From Felis catus (taxonomy: Eukaryota): a DNA stretch of 64,000 nt. The stretch spans positions 215,576,001 through 215,640,000 of the forward strand of contig NC_058368.1 in NCBI RefSeq assembly GCF_018350175.1. Direction: 5' to 3'. Positions 1-12,446 of the stretch are shown in pieces. The translations under genes and the position numbers were made by a program. Below the pieces are notes generated by a model that had not been told where the DNA came from, did no database searches, and saw nothing but the letters and a program-made list of their open reading frames with translations. The first letter of the stretch is position 1, and every line of letters begins with the position of its first letter.

Positions 1-173
1 ATTTTGTAAAATAGACAAAGAGAATGAATTAATAGGGCCATGGCTGGAAGGGGATATTTTATAAGGATGTTTTTCAGACAGACCTACCCTGGTTCATATA
101 AGGTAAGAAGTGTTCACAATGCCTGCTGAGCAGACACCAGATTTTGAAGATTTGATGGGAATAATATATATAC

Positions 174-235
174 TTTTAAACACTTTAATGCTTATCTTTA
201 AGAGAGAGACAGAGTATTAGCAGGGGAGGGGCGGG

Positions 236-279
<44 letters not shown>

Positions 280-407
280 CCAAAGCAGGGTCCAGACTCT
301 GAGCTGTCGGCACAGAGCTCCATACGGGCTCAAACTCAAGGACTGGGAGATCAGGACCTCCTAAGCTAAAGTCAGAGGCTTAACCAACTGAACCACCCAG
401 GTGCCCC
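174..407 (-). mobile_element. CAN-SINE (SINEC)
   Basis: Reverse-complement SINE: T-rich tail, (GA)n at ~238-277, ends ccacccaggtgcccc (head GGGGCACCTGGGTGG on -). Confidence 0.95.
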
Positions 408-424
408 AAATATAAATTGTTTCT

Positions 425-579
425 TAAGCATATTTTATATTGAGTACATATCAAGGTGGCAATATGTTTAATATGTTGAGTTAAATAACATATTATGAAA
501 AATAGCTTTACATATTTCTTTTTTATTTTTAATGTGGTTACATATGTGGCTCACATTGTATTTCTATTGCACAGGGCTG
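425..579 (-). mobile_element. hAT-Charlie MER33-like DNA transposon fragment
   Basis: Ends acatatgtggctcacattgtatttctattgcacagggctg, resembling the recalled MER33 terminus in reverse complement. Confidence 0.7.
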
Positions 580-856
580 ACATAAAATATAATGAAAAGT
601 CTGACTCAACTGAGGGAGAGATAGGAAAGGAAGAGGAAACTAATTTCTCTCAATTTGATAGACAAAAGATGAAATTATAAATAAGGTTGATTGGGTTCAA
701 TCTTTTAAAGAAGGCAGAGGATGCATATAGCTGCAAAAACTATGTCTTGAATTGTGGAGACAAAGTGTGAACGTTTAGGTGTGCTTTCTGTATGTGGTAT
801 ATGTTCCATTGTTTCAGTGGATTGCTTTTATGCGGTTTGGATCTAAGATGGCAAGC

Positions 857-1590
857 TGTGTTGGACATATGCTAGGCTGGTCTCTCTCATGATATCCATT
901 CGCACCCATACCTTTGTAATCACTTTCCTTACGTGTGGGTTGGATCTGTGACTTGCTTCAAGCTAATAGAATATGACAAAAGTGAAGAGGTGTTGCCAAT
1001 GGAATGAAATTTCCCAATCAGTTCTATTAGAGTTGATCAAAATGGATACTATTTTGTGCTGGGCTGACTTAATCAGGTGAAAGCCCTTAAAAGAGGGACT
1101 AGGACTTCCTGGAGGTGAAATATTGTCCTTTCTGGTTTGAGGAAGTAAGCAGTCATGCTAAGGAAGCTCACTCACAAAAAAACAAAACAAAACAAAACAC
1201 AAAAAAACAGAAAACAAAAAAAAACAGAAAACAACAAACAAACAAACACTGCAAGTGGCCTCTGGGAAATTTAGCGGACTCTAAGACCTGAGAGTGGCCT
1301 CCATCCTCGGATGTGCAGAAAGCCAGTGCCGTCGCTTATACAGTCATGAGAAAATGACTCCTACCGACAACCCGAATGATCTTTGAAGCAGATTCTGCCT
1401 CGGGTGAGCCTCCAAAATGAGAATGTGGTCTGGCTTACAGCCTGATTGTAACTTTTTGAAACCCTGAGCAGAGCAGCGAGTGAAGTTGTGTTCAGATGCT
1501 TGACTCCAGAAATGTGAGGTAATAGACGAAAGGTGATTAAAATTGCCAAGCCTGTGCTTATCTGTAAGGCAGCAACAGAAAATTAATACA
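857..1590 (+). mobile_element. MaLR solo LTR, MLT1 (MLT1E-like)
   Basis: TG...CA ends; tgtgacttgcttc..aatagaatatgacaaaagtga; 3' end gcagcaacagaaaattaataca typical of MLT1; A-rich expansion at ~1176-1248. Confidence 0.8.
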
Positions 1591-2090
1591 TAGCCTTTTC
1601 CCTTTAAACAATTTGGATGGTGCACATCAGAGTTCTGGACCTCTAAAAAAGCTGAGTTCTAGTCTGAGATATAGTATTTAAATCTGTTTTAATCTTCTCA
1701 CTTCACTGTTGTATGCAAAAAAAAAAATTGGCCTAAATTAAATCCTTGATTATTTTCAACTCCAACAGTCTATTTGATTATGAAATAACCAGAGAAGGAT
1801 TCTCCGTGATCATTTTCTACAACTTTCAGAGCCACCTTAACACTTGGAACCACTTTTCTGCAACTTTATACAATCAAGACATTGGCAACAGACATATGTA
1901 CAAAGAGTGTGCACTAAAGAACAATAAATATATAATTAATATGCTAAAAGTGTCACAAAAATCCATTTGTTATTTTGTATTTGGAGGTTTGCCAATAATG
2001 ACTTCTGAAGATCTTCTAAGAAAAATCTATTGATATTTTATATTAATCTTAGATTTTAAAGTGTTTAGGAACCTTTTGAGTGTCGTGAAA

Positions 2091-2287
2091 ATTTTTTTAT
2101 CATTTATTCATTTTTGAGAGAACCTGAACAGGGGAGAGGTAGAGAGACAGGGTGACAGAATCTGAAGCAGGTTCCAGGCTCTGAGCTGTCAGCACAGAGC
2201 CCGACATGGGGCTCAAACTCACAAACTGTGAGATCATGACCTGAGCCGAAGTCAGATGCTTAACCAACTGAGACACCCAGGTGCCCC
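2091..2287 (-). mobile_element. CAN-SINE (SINEC_Fc-like)
   Basis: gaagcaggttccaggctctgagctgtcagcacagagcccg...cccaggtgcccc. Confidence 0.95.
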
Positions 2288-3529
2288 TGAGTTTTCTTTA
2301 AAGTAAACAATACTTAATTATGAAAATGAAGTGCAGATTAATTGATACGAGATACAACTGTTTCGTGATCTACTAAAATGGCCCAGCAAAACTTACATGA
2401 AATCGTACAGTCATTGCTTCTGAGTCTTAGAAGTTGAGTCTGATCATGAAGTGGGACAGCAACTTTCTTCCCTTCTTATATGTTTGTCAAATAATACAAT
2501 AACTTAAATGTTAATAGCAAAATCAAGAGGAGGGACTTAGAGTGAAATGTGTATAACACATCATAAAAATGACTGGCAGATTTTGTAAATGGATTATAGT
2601 AAATAATAAACCCATGAAGACAGATATCTGGTAGGGTGGTGTAAAGTCTTATATTTATTCCTGTCAGAGTTAGTATTTCCATTGATGATGCAGAAAAATA
2701 AGTAAAGCAGCCACTAACCCGTATTTTCATATGAAATTACACTGAAAGAATGTGTGGAGAGAAAAACGAAACGGCACAAAACAAATAGACTGTGTCAAGA
2801 TCACAGCAGTCCCCTGTAGTTGAGAGTATAAAGGGACTCTTCAATCGAAGAGTCCCTTTACACAAATCAGGGTACAAATGAATGCCAATGGGGTCAGTGA
2901 TTATTTCGTTATGTGGAACTGAAAAAAGGAAAGGCATGTGAGAAAGAAATACTGGAATGTGTCAAAATATGATTCATTATTATACAAAAAGATAACAGCA
3001 CAAACATATCAGGGGGAAGAAAAGGAAACATCAGTATTTTTTAAACTTGAGAATTAACTGTGAATTTTGAAACAGATTTGCAAAAATTAGGTGGCCAAAT
3101 TATGAATCTGTTTGGGTGGGAAAGAGAACCACAAGGCCTGACTCAGTCACAAGATCACTTCTTATTCACGTTGTATGTAATCTAAAATAATAACCTCATT
3201 TTTGTATTGTGAATAAGTCATTGTTTCCAAAAGTATAGCACATTTGACTGAAGTAGGGTTCGTCTCCAAAATGGGCCTTTCTTGCTTTTGTTTCTACATT
3301 GAGAGCATATGTTGTATTTTAATTTCCTTAGGGAGTTAATAATTGTAATATAGTTTCCTTTATCCTTTATAGGTATTTGTACAGTAAAACTATACAACAG
3401 CTTCTGCCCTCTTCTCTACAACATCCTTCCATCCCAATTTATTCTTGCATGAAATAGTAGCTTTAGGTACTTAGGTACACTTAGTAGGCGAAGAGTTGAA
3501 CACAGAGAGTGAGATATGTTTGAAAAATT

Positions 3530-3695
3530 CAAGGCTTAGTAAGAGATCTCTGGAATCAGCCAAGCTCTACATTTTCCCAGCTATGCTTCCCCAGGTACAT
3601 TACTAAATTTCTCTGAATGTTGGTTTCCACAAACTGGAAATTGGAAACACTGACACATAAGTCAGTGTGTAGTGAGACTTAAATAAGATAATTTT
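3530..3695 (+). mobile_element. MIR fragment
   Basis: Degenerate MIR core: ttactaaatttctctgaatgttggtttcc...gtagtgagacttaaataagataat. Confidence 0.55.
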
Positions 3696-4173
3696 AACTA
3701 AAAAAAGAAAAGTATTTAATACATATGAACAGTATATAAAGTGTGATGGAAAATAAATTTCACTCTATCCAGGCAAAAATAAAGTAGGTGCTAGTCATCA
3801 ATGGCTGAGCTGACAATAATTCTCTCTCTATCCAATGCTATCCCATTTCTCATAATCGACTTCCATCTGTCTTCTATTGCTTATGTGAGCAAGTTGATTT
3901 TGTCTTGTCTCTTGCTTGCTCTTCCCTTATGTGTCTGAAATTTGCAGCAAAACACGAGAAGCAATGAAGCAGTTACTGAATTTTTCCCTTGAGCAAAAGT
4001 TTTTAAAGTTAAAATTTTGAAGATTAAAGGAAAATTAAAGATGAGGTATAAAGGTTTTATAAAGATGAGAGCGTAACACCTCCAATGATGTCACATTCTG
4101 TTTGACTTAGTATACAACCACATAATCTCAACTGTCCTGTTTTGCAATCATCATCAAAAAATCCCCTCTTTGG

Positions 4174-4360
4174 GGGGTGCCTTGGTGGCTCAGTCGGTTA
4201 AGCATTCGACTCTGGCTCAGGTCACGATCTCACGGTTTGTGGGTTTGAGCCCCATGTCCGGCTCTGTGCTGACAGCTCTGAGCCTAGAGCCTGCTTCAAA
4301 TTCTGTGTCGCCCTTTCTCTCTACCTCTCTTTGCCACCCCCCCCATAAACGACAACAAAA
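4174..4360 (+). mobile_element. CAN-SINE
   Basis: Head ggggtgccttggtggctcagtcggttaagc; degenerate TSD aaaaatcccctctttgg / aaaaatctcttgg. Confidence 0.95.
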
Positions 4361-4919
4361 AATCTCTTGGAATTCAGAATAGAAAATTTGAAGTTTTATG
4401 AAACTATTAGGTAATAACTAAGTTTCTCACTATAGTTACAAGAAAAGATAGGAGGAAAAAGTAGATAAATATTTTAGTTCTTTTCTTTTGCCCTTTAGGA
4501 TTTAAGTTATTTTTAAGTGGAGTAATAAAAGCTGTCTCAGTTGATTTATACAGTGATAAAACCATGCTAATTCTAAGATATTCATGCATTTGAATATTTT
4601 GCAGATGATCCATCAATCTTATAGAGGTCTCATATTTTCTTACAATAGAACCTCTTGGTTAGTATCTAGTGACTGATTTCCTTGCTAACTGAATTAAAAC
4701 ACTGATGTTTTTGAGACAATTTTAGGGTGCGTTAAAGCTACTCTCATTTAGTAAGTATGTTATTGTTTGAATATTTCTAAATGGTTGTGTGCCCATTCAC
4801 AAAATGAAGATATCGATAGCTTTCAGTTCTAGATAAACCCTAGGCCAAAGAAGGGACAGGGTCTGATGAGGGGCAATGCAAAAGAAAGCTTATTGTAGCC
4901 TTCTCTATTTAACTACATA

Positions 4920-5071
4920 AGGGCACTTGGGTGGCTCACTGAGTTAAGTGTCTGATTTCGGCTCAGGTCATGATCTCACGGTTCATGAGATCTCACGGTT
5001 TGAGAGTTGAGAGTTCAAGTCCTGCATCATGCTCTGTGCTGACAGCTCAGAGCCTGGAGCCTGCTTGGGAT

Positions 5072-5120
<49 letters not shown>

Positions 5121-5183
5121 CTGCTTGCTCATGCTGTCTCCTTCAGTCTCGCAAAAATAAATACACATTAGAAAAAATTTAAA
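4920..5183 (+). mobile_element. CAN-SINE with internal duplications
   Basis: Head gggcacttgggtggctc, (CT)n at ~5076-5116, AATAAA tail; gatctcacggtt occurs twice. Confidence 0.95.
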
Positions 5184-6484
5184 CACACAGACTGACCAAA
5201 TACATTGATAAAATCTAACCTTGAAAAACAATGACATTTATTAGGAAGTAGTAGGAGGAGGACTGAGCCATGGTCTCAGCATTGGGCTGAATGACCTACT
5301 GGTTGTGTGATAGCATAACATCCAACTTCACTCCTTACCTCCAATAAATACGCTCCAAGGTGTCCAGGCCACAGTTCAGGCAAAACCATCAAACTTACCA
5401 CCGACACATAACTCATAAGGGAACATTTCCACAATAAAAGATCATCAAGAAAAAATTGGGCATTAGAAGACAATAGGGTATTTTTTCTCCTTCTCTGCAA
5501 TATTTTTTTAGTAGGATCTGATGTTATTTTGAATATCTGTTAAGTAATTAGGTATTTATATAAGGCTTGAACAACAACAAAAACCCTAAAAAATCTCATT
5601 TAAAAATGAGAGTAAAATAAACATTTTTATTAACATGTAAAGAAATCCATGTTAGTAATAGCAATACAAAAAGTATAAAACAGTAAGAAACCTTTTCTTA
5701 TAAAATAGTACAGCCTTAAACACTGGCACTTTGACTTGTCATTATTTTCTCAAGGTGACCCACCTGGATCAAACTTAATTAACAGCTGCACCCTCATAAA
5801 ATAGATATTACTTTGATTATTATGCATGGGATGTTAATATTAATACTCCCACTTAATATTTCTAAGATAATAATCAAAACATTTATTCTAAGGCTATGAA
5901 GAAACATAACTGGAGGGCACTGTAAGATCGTTTTGTCTACCTTCTTTTTTATATGATTACAACTAAAATAACTTGAGTAAAACTTGACTCTATTTGAAAA
6001 AAATTAGAGTGTATTTTTTTTACCTTTTTAAATCAATGTCAAAACAATACAACAAAGAAAAATGTAAGCAGTAAAATGTGTTTTTTATGGTACATTTGTT
6101 ATAATTTGACTCATCTTTATGATTATTCTATAAACGATTTTTTTATAATCCAAAATTCTCCATTTTTAGCACCCAAATCCTACATATGACAGAACTACTA
6201 CCTATCATATATTAAAATTAAATAAGCTTTATCTTAATTAAAGTTCCTTTTCTAAATTTACTTCAGCTAAAATTTTAGGATTAGAATTGCTAGCACATTT
6301 TTTACAAATGGAATGGAATATTTAAAATTTTAACTTTGGTCTTATTAGAGAGATCACAGTAAATGCAATCTTAATGAAAAGGCATTCTCCACCATTTAAA
6401 TTTGGGAATCAATTTAGAACATAAAATCATTATGGTCTCTTTATGGGAAAAAATGCAATTTGGGGGCACCACAGTTTGTCTTTT

Positions 6485-6688
6485 ATTTTTTAATTTTTAT
6501 TTTTGAGAGAGAGAGAGACAGACAGAGTACGACAAGAGGAGGAGCAGAGACAGACACAGAATCTGAAGTAGGCTCCAGGCTCTGAGCTGTCAGCACAGAG
6601 CCCAATGTGGGGCTTGAACCCATGGACCGTGAGATCATGACCTGAGCTGAAGTCGGAAACTTAACCGACTGAGCCACCCAGGCACCCC
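6485..6688 (-). mobile_element. CAN-SINE (SINEC_Fc-like)
   Basis: Full length; 15-bp TSD cacagtttgtctttt (6470-6484) / cacagtttatctttt (6689-6703). Confidence 0.97.
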
Positions 6689-7189
6689 CACAGTTTATCT
6701 TTTTAATATGATTGGAAAAATAAAATGTCCAGATTTTAGATTAAAATGATTCATATATAGCAAATCACATATGTAAAATATCATCAAAAATCCTTTAAAA
6801 AAACAATGAAATACTGACAAAATCATTGTGTATAGAAAGATAATGAAGAAAATAAAATATCTCTTCTTCACTCTAATGGAATCTTACACATATAGCTTTT
6901 TTTATAAAAAGGCTTGGTTTCAGTTAAGATTATTACAGAGTTTTACACAGGGTCATATGTCTATTAAATTTTCACTTCATATTCTAGATTTAGCCAAAAT
7001 TTCTAATATCCATACTGTAGAGAGTAATTTAATCTTACATTTAATATTTAAAAAATCAGAAAACAATGAAAATCACATAAAGCTCTCAAAGTAATATATT
7101 GAATATTAACTTTAAAAGATATTGGGAACAATGAATTAAATGTACTTTATTGTAAATTTTGGTTTTCTGACATTAAATGTTACATTTGT

Positions 7190-7896
7190 TTACCAATTTC
7201 AGCAGTTTTATTACAAATATTTACCTTAAATTATTTTCTCTATATAAAGCACTTGTTTTGACATTCTAACAGGTACTTGTGTATTTGTTTGCATTTCCCT
7301 GAAAAGTAATGGTGTTGATAATCTTTTCATACGTTTTCATTATTAAAATTTATACTATGATAACAGACTTGTATAACTTATATTAATGGATTTATTTTAT
7401 TTGGGGGTAGGGCAGAGAATATTAAACTTTACAAAATCACCTTCAAAAGAGTATATTTTATGTAAAGTAATTCTTTTAGTTTTGAGAAGTGTCCACTGAA
7501 ATTTCTTCCACAATCACTTGTAGAACATTACTCTCACTTTGTAGACCATCATATTTGCCCTTCATGCCTTCAACTACTAATCTTTTTGGCCAGATTAATT
7601 TGTATCTTCTAGAATTTCATATAACATGGATTACACAATATGTATTAGTTTATGCCTGCCTTATTTTGCTACCAATTTATCAGGATTGACAAGTATAACG
7701 AATTAATTTTTATTGTTTAGTATTATTCCATTGTGCAGATATACATTTTGTTCATTTATTCATGTTTTGATGGGTAGCTCAGTTGTTACTATTTTTGGTG
7801 GTTGCAGCCAAAGCTACTATAGAGATATGTGTACAAGTCTTTGTGAAGACATACTTTGTCAACTCATTTGTTTATATACTTAAGAGTTGAATAATT
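7190..7896 (-). mobile_element. Ancient L1M fragments (ORF2 end and 3' UTR)
   Basis: tttgcatttccctga..aatggtgttgataatcttttcat; ttctagaatttcatataa; tattattccattgtg..tgtacaagtctttgtg, all antisense L1M 3' motifs. Confidence 0.7.
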
Positions 7897-8051
7897 GGGA
7901 GCACTTGGGTGGCTCAGTTGGTTAAGTATCTGACACTTGGTTTCAGCTCAGGTCATGATTTCAGGTTCCTGAGATCGTGCCTTATGTCAGGTTCTGCACT
8001 GACTGAGCCTGCTTGGGATTCTCTCTTCCTCTCTCTGCCCCTCCCCTGCAC
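7897..8051 (+). mobile_element. CAN-SINE, 3'-truncated
   Basis: Head ggagcacttgggtggctcagttggttaag; stops at ctcccctgcac with no tail and abuts an L1. Confidence 0.9.
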
Positions 8052-8255
8052 TGATGGTTGTCACAAATGGCAAGAGTTCATCATTTTTCATGGCTGAATA
8101 ATATTCCTGCATGTATGTTGGGTGTGTGTGTGTGTAAATACACCACATCTTCCTTATTTGTCTATCAAAGGAGACAGGTCAGTATTAGATCTTGGCTGTT
8201 ATAAGTAATGCTTCAATAGACATAGGGGTGTATATATTTGTTGAAATTTTGTTTT

Positions 8256-8454
8256 GGGGGCTCCTAGGTAGCTAGGTCAGTTGAGCGTCCCCTCTTGATT
8301 TTGGCTCAGGTCATGATCTCATGGTTAGTGGATCTGAGCTCTGCATCCAGCTCTGTGCTTGCAGTGCAGAGCCTGCTTGGGATTCTCTCTCTCTTTCTCT
8401 GCACCTCCCCTACTTGTATTTTTTCTCTCTCTTAAGTAAATAAACTTAAAAAAA
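8256..8454 (+). mobile_element. CAN-SINE inside L1
   Basis: gggggctcctaggtagc...gagcctgcttgggattctctc...aaataaacttaaaaaa. Confidence 0.93.
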
Positions 8455-9946
8455 TTGGTTTAATTTTGTGTCAATACACAATAGTGGGATTATTGAACCA
8501 TGTGGTATTTCTATTTTTAATTTCTTGAGGAATGTCCATACCGCAGTGGCTGTACCAATTTACATTCCCACCAACAATGTACAAGGGTCCTGTTTCTCTG
8601 CATCCTTGCCAACATTTATTTCTTGTCGCCTTGATTTTAGCCATCCAGGAAGGTGTAAGGGTGATATTTTATTGTGGTTTAGACTTTCATTACCCTGATA
8701 GTGACATTGAGCATCTTTTCATGTGTCTGTTGTCCATCTACATGTCTTTGAAAAAAAATGTCTATTCAATCTTCTGCCCATTTTTTAACTGGATTGTTCA
8801 TTTTTTCAGTATTGAGTTGTATATGCCCTTCATAGATTTTGGATATTAACCTCTTATCACATATGTCATTTGCTAATACCTTATTCCATTTGGTACGTTG
8901 CCTCTTGGGGGTTGTTTGATAGTTTTCTTCACTGTGTAAAGTATTTTTATTTTGGTGTAGTCCCATATATTAATTTGGATTTTGTCTCCCTAGCTTTAGA
9001 GACATATCTAGAAAAATGTAGTTACAGATGTAAGATAAATGACTGCATGTGAGTTTTTTTATTTCCCTAGGATTTTTATGGTTTCAGGAGTCACATCTAG
9101 GTCTTTAATCCATTTCTAGTTCACCTTTGTGTTTGGCATAAGAAAATTGTTCTAGCTTATTCTTTTACATTAGCTGTCCAATTTACCCAGCACTATTGGT
9201 TGAAGAGATTGTCTTTTCCCCATTGTACATTCTCGCCTCCTTTGTCATAGATTAATTGACCATATAAATATGGGTTGATTTCTGGGCTCTCTAATCTGTT
9301 CTATTGATCTGTGTCTGATTACTACAGCTTTGTAATATATCTTAAATTTTGGAATTGTGATACCTCTAGCTTTGTTCTTCCTTCTCAAGATTTCTCTGGC
9401 TATTTAGGGTCTTTTGGGGTTCCATACACATCTAGTATTATTTGTTCTGTGAAAAAAGCTGTTGGTATGTTGATAGGGATTGCATTGAATCTGTGTATTT
9501 CTTTGGGTAGCATGGATATTTTAATAAAATTTGTTCCCCTAATCCATGAGCGTGAAATATCTTTGTTTATGTCATCTTCAATTTATTTCATCAATATTTT
9601 ATAGTTTTCAGTGTACAGGTTTTTTGCTTCTTTGGTTAAGTTTATCCCTAGGTATTTTGTTCTTTTTGGTGCGATTGTAAATGGAATTATTTTCTTAATT
9701 TCTCTTTCAGCTGCTACACTGGTATATAGCAACATTACCCATTTTTAGGTATCAATTTTGTATCCTGCAACTTTACTAATTCACTTATTACTTCTGTTAG
9801 TTTCTGGTTAAATCTTTAGGATTTTCTATGTAAAGTATCATGACATCTACAAGTAGTGATAGTTTAACTTCTTCTTTACCAATATCGATGTCTTATTTCT
9901 TTTTCGTCTCCGATTGCTGGGGCTAAGACTTCCAGTACTATGTTGA

Positions 9947-10160
9947 GGGGCTCCTGGGTGGCTCGGTCGGTTAAGCATCTGACACTTGATTTCAGCTCAG
10001 GTCATGATGTTATGGTTTCTGAGATCAAGCCTCACATCAGGCTCTGTGTTGTCGGTGGAGCCTGCTTGGGATTCTCCCCCCTCTCTCTGCTCCTCCCACC
10101 CTTCTCTCTGAAAATAAATACATACACTTAAAAAAAACAAAACAAAATAAACAAACAAAC
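9947..10160 (+). mobile_element. CAN-SINE inside L1
   Basis: 22-bp TSD aagacttccagtactatgttga (9925-9946) / aagtcttccagtactatgctga (10161-10182). Confidence 0.97.
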
Positions 10161-10306
10161 AAGTCTTCCAGTACTATGCTGAATAGAATTGTAGGAATGG
10201 ACATACTTGTCTTGTTCCTGATCTTAAGGGAAATGCTTTCAGTTTTTCATCACTGAATATGAGTTAGTAGTGAATTTTCATTTATGTCCCTTATGTTAAA
10301 GCATGT

Positions 10307-10532
10307 TTCTTTTTAAGTTTATTTAAGAGAGAGAGCGACAGAGACAGAGACAGAGACAGAGATAGGGCAAAAGGGGGAAGGGCAGAGTGAGGGGGTTACA
10401 AAGAATCCCAAGCAGGCTCTGCATTATCCGTGCAGAGCCAGATACGGGACTTGAACTCACCAGCTGGGATATCATGACCTGAGACAAAACCAAGAGTTGG
10501 GTGTTTAACTGACTGAGTCATCCAGGCACCCC
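10307..10532 (-). mobile_element. CAN-SINE inside L1
   Basis: gaatcccaagcaggctctgc...gactgagtcatccaggcacccc. Confidence 0.95.
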
Positions 10533-10558
10533 AAAATGTTGTCTATAAACCCACTTTG

Positions 10559-10779
10559 GGGGCACCTGGGTGGCTCAGTCAGTTAAGCATCTGACTTCGG
10601 CTCAGGTCATGATCTCACAGTTTGTGGGTTTGAGCCCCGCGTCAGGCTCTGTGCTGACAGCTCAGAGCCTGGAGCCTGCTTTGAATTCTGTTTCTACCTC
10701 TCTCTCTGCCCCTCCCCTGTTCACACTCTGTCTCTGTCACACTCTGTCTCAAAAATAAACAAACATTAAAAAAATTTAG
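10559..10779 (+). mobile_element. CAN-SINE (SINEC_Fc-like) inside L1
   Basis: TSD aaacccactttg (10547-10558) / aaacccgctttg (10780-10791). Confidence 0.97.
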
Positions 10780-11042
10780 AAACCCGCTTTGTGAGGAGAT
10801 TTTGTCATGAATGGATGTTGAATTTTGTGAAATGATTTTTCTGTATCTGAGATAATTATATAATTTTTGTCCTTTGTTTTGTTGATTTGTCATGTTGATT
10901 GATTTGTGAATATTGAACCATCTTTGGATCCCAGAAATAAATCCATTTGATTGCGGTGAATGATGCTTCTAATATATCGTTGAATATGATTTGCTGATAT
11001 TTTGTTGAGGATTTTTGCATCTATTTTCATCAGGAATATTGG

Positions 11043-11044
<2 letters not shown>

Positions 11045-11084
<40 letters not shown>
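11045..11084. repeat. (GT)n microsatellite
   Basis: Uninterrupted GT run of about 20 units. Confidence 0.98.
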
Positions 11085-11086
<2 letters not shown>

Positions 11087-12223
11087 TATTTTTATCTGGT
11101 TTTGATATCCAGGAAATGCTGGTCTCATATGATATATTTGGAAGTTTTTCCTCCTCTTCTATTTTTGCAATACTTTGGGGAGAATAGGTGTTAATACTTC
11201 TTTAAATGGTATAATTCACCTGTAAACACATCTGGTCCTCATGTTTTATTTTTTGGTTGTTTTTTATTCACTGGTTCAATTTTGTTAGTAATGGGTCTAT
11301 TCATATTTTTTTTTATTTCTCCCTGCTTCATTTGGGAAGATTGTATGCTTTTTGGAATTGTCCATTTCTTCTAGGTTGCCCAATTTGTTGGCATATAATT
11401 TTTTGTACAATTCTTTTATACTCCTTTGTATTTGATCTTATTTTTTGTTTCTGTGGCATCCATTTCTGGTCTCATCTTTATTATTTCCTTCTCTCTACTT
11501 GGGCTCTGTTTGGTCTTTTTCTAGTTCCATTAGGTGTAAGGTTAGATTGTTTATTTGTACTTGTTCTTGTTTCTTGAGGTAGACCAGATCACTATGTATT
11601 GCCTTCTTAGGACTCTTCCTGTATCCCAAAGAGTTTGGACCACTGTGTTTTCATTTGTTTCTATGCATATTTTAAAAAATTGCTACTTTGCTTCATTGAC
11701 CCATTGGTTGTTCAGTAACATGTTGCTTAACCTCCATATGTTTGTGTTTTTTTTTTATTTATGATTTATTTCCAGTTTCATACCGTTGTGCTCAGAAAAG
11801 ATGCATGGTAGCATTTCAATGTTTTAAATTTTATTATTTTGTGGTCTAACATCTGATCTATTCTGGAAAATGCTCCATGTGCACTTGAAAAGAATATTTA
11901 TTTGTTGGTTTCAGATGGAATTTTCTGTATATACATGTTATGTTTATTTGGCCCATTGTGTTATTTCAAAGACACTTTTCCTTATTGATTTTCTGCCTGG
12001 ATGATCTATTTATTGATGTAAGTGGGTATGTTAAAGTCCTCAAATATTGTTATATTACCATGAACTCTCTCTTTATATTTGTTAATCTTTGCTTTCTGTA
12101 TTTAGGTGTTCCAGTGTTGGTGTGTAGATATTTACAATTACTGTTTCCTCTTGTTGAGTTGATTGAATTCATCCCTTTATTATATAATGCCCTTCATTTT
12201 CTCTTGTTACAATCTTTGTTTTA

Positions 12224-12446
12224 TTTTTCTTTATTTGTTTTCTTTATTTTTAAGAGGGAGAGACAGACAGACAGACAGACAGGGCATGAGCAGGTGAGGG
12301 GTAGAGACAGAGACAGAATCTGAAGTAGGATCCAGGTTCTGAACTGACAGCACAGAGCCCAATGCTGGGCTCAAACCAACAAACCATTGAAGATCATGAC
12401 CTGAGCCAGAGTCAGATGTTTAACTGACTGAGCCACCCAGGCACCC
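12224..12446 (-). mobile_element. CAN-SINE inside L1 endonuclease region
   Basis: Perfect 16-bp TSD tacaatctttgtttta (12208-12223 / 12447-12462). Confidence 0.97.

Noticed and set aside
5399..5494. Minus-strand exon ending at a GTAAGT donor (5393-5398)
   Set aside because: The upstream AG lacks a polypyrimidine tract and the open frame resembles nothing recognisable
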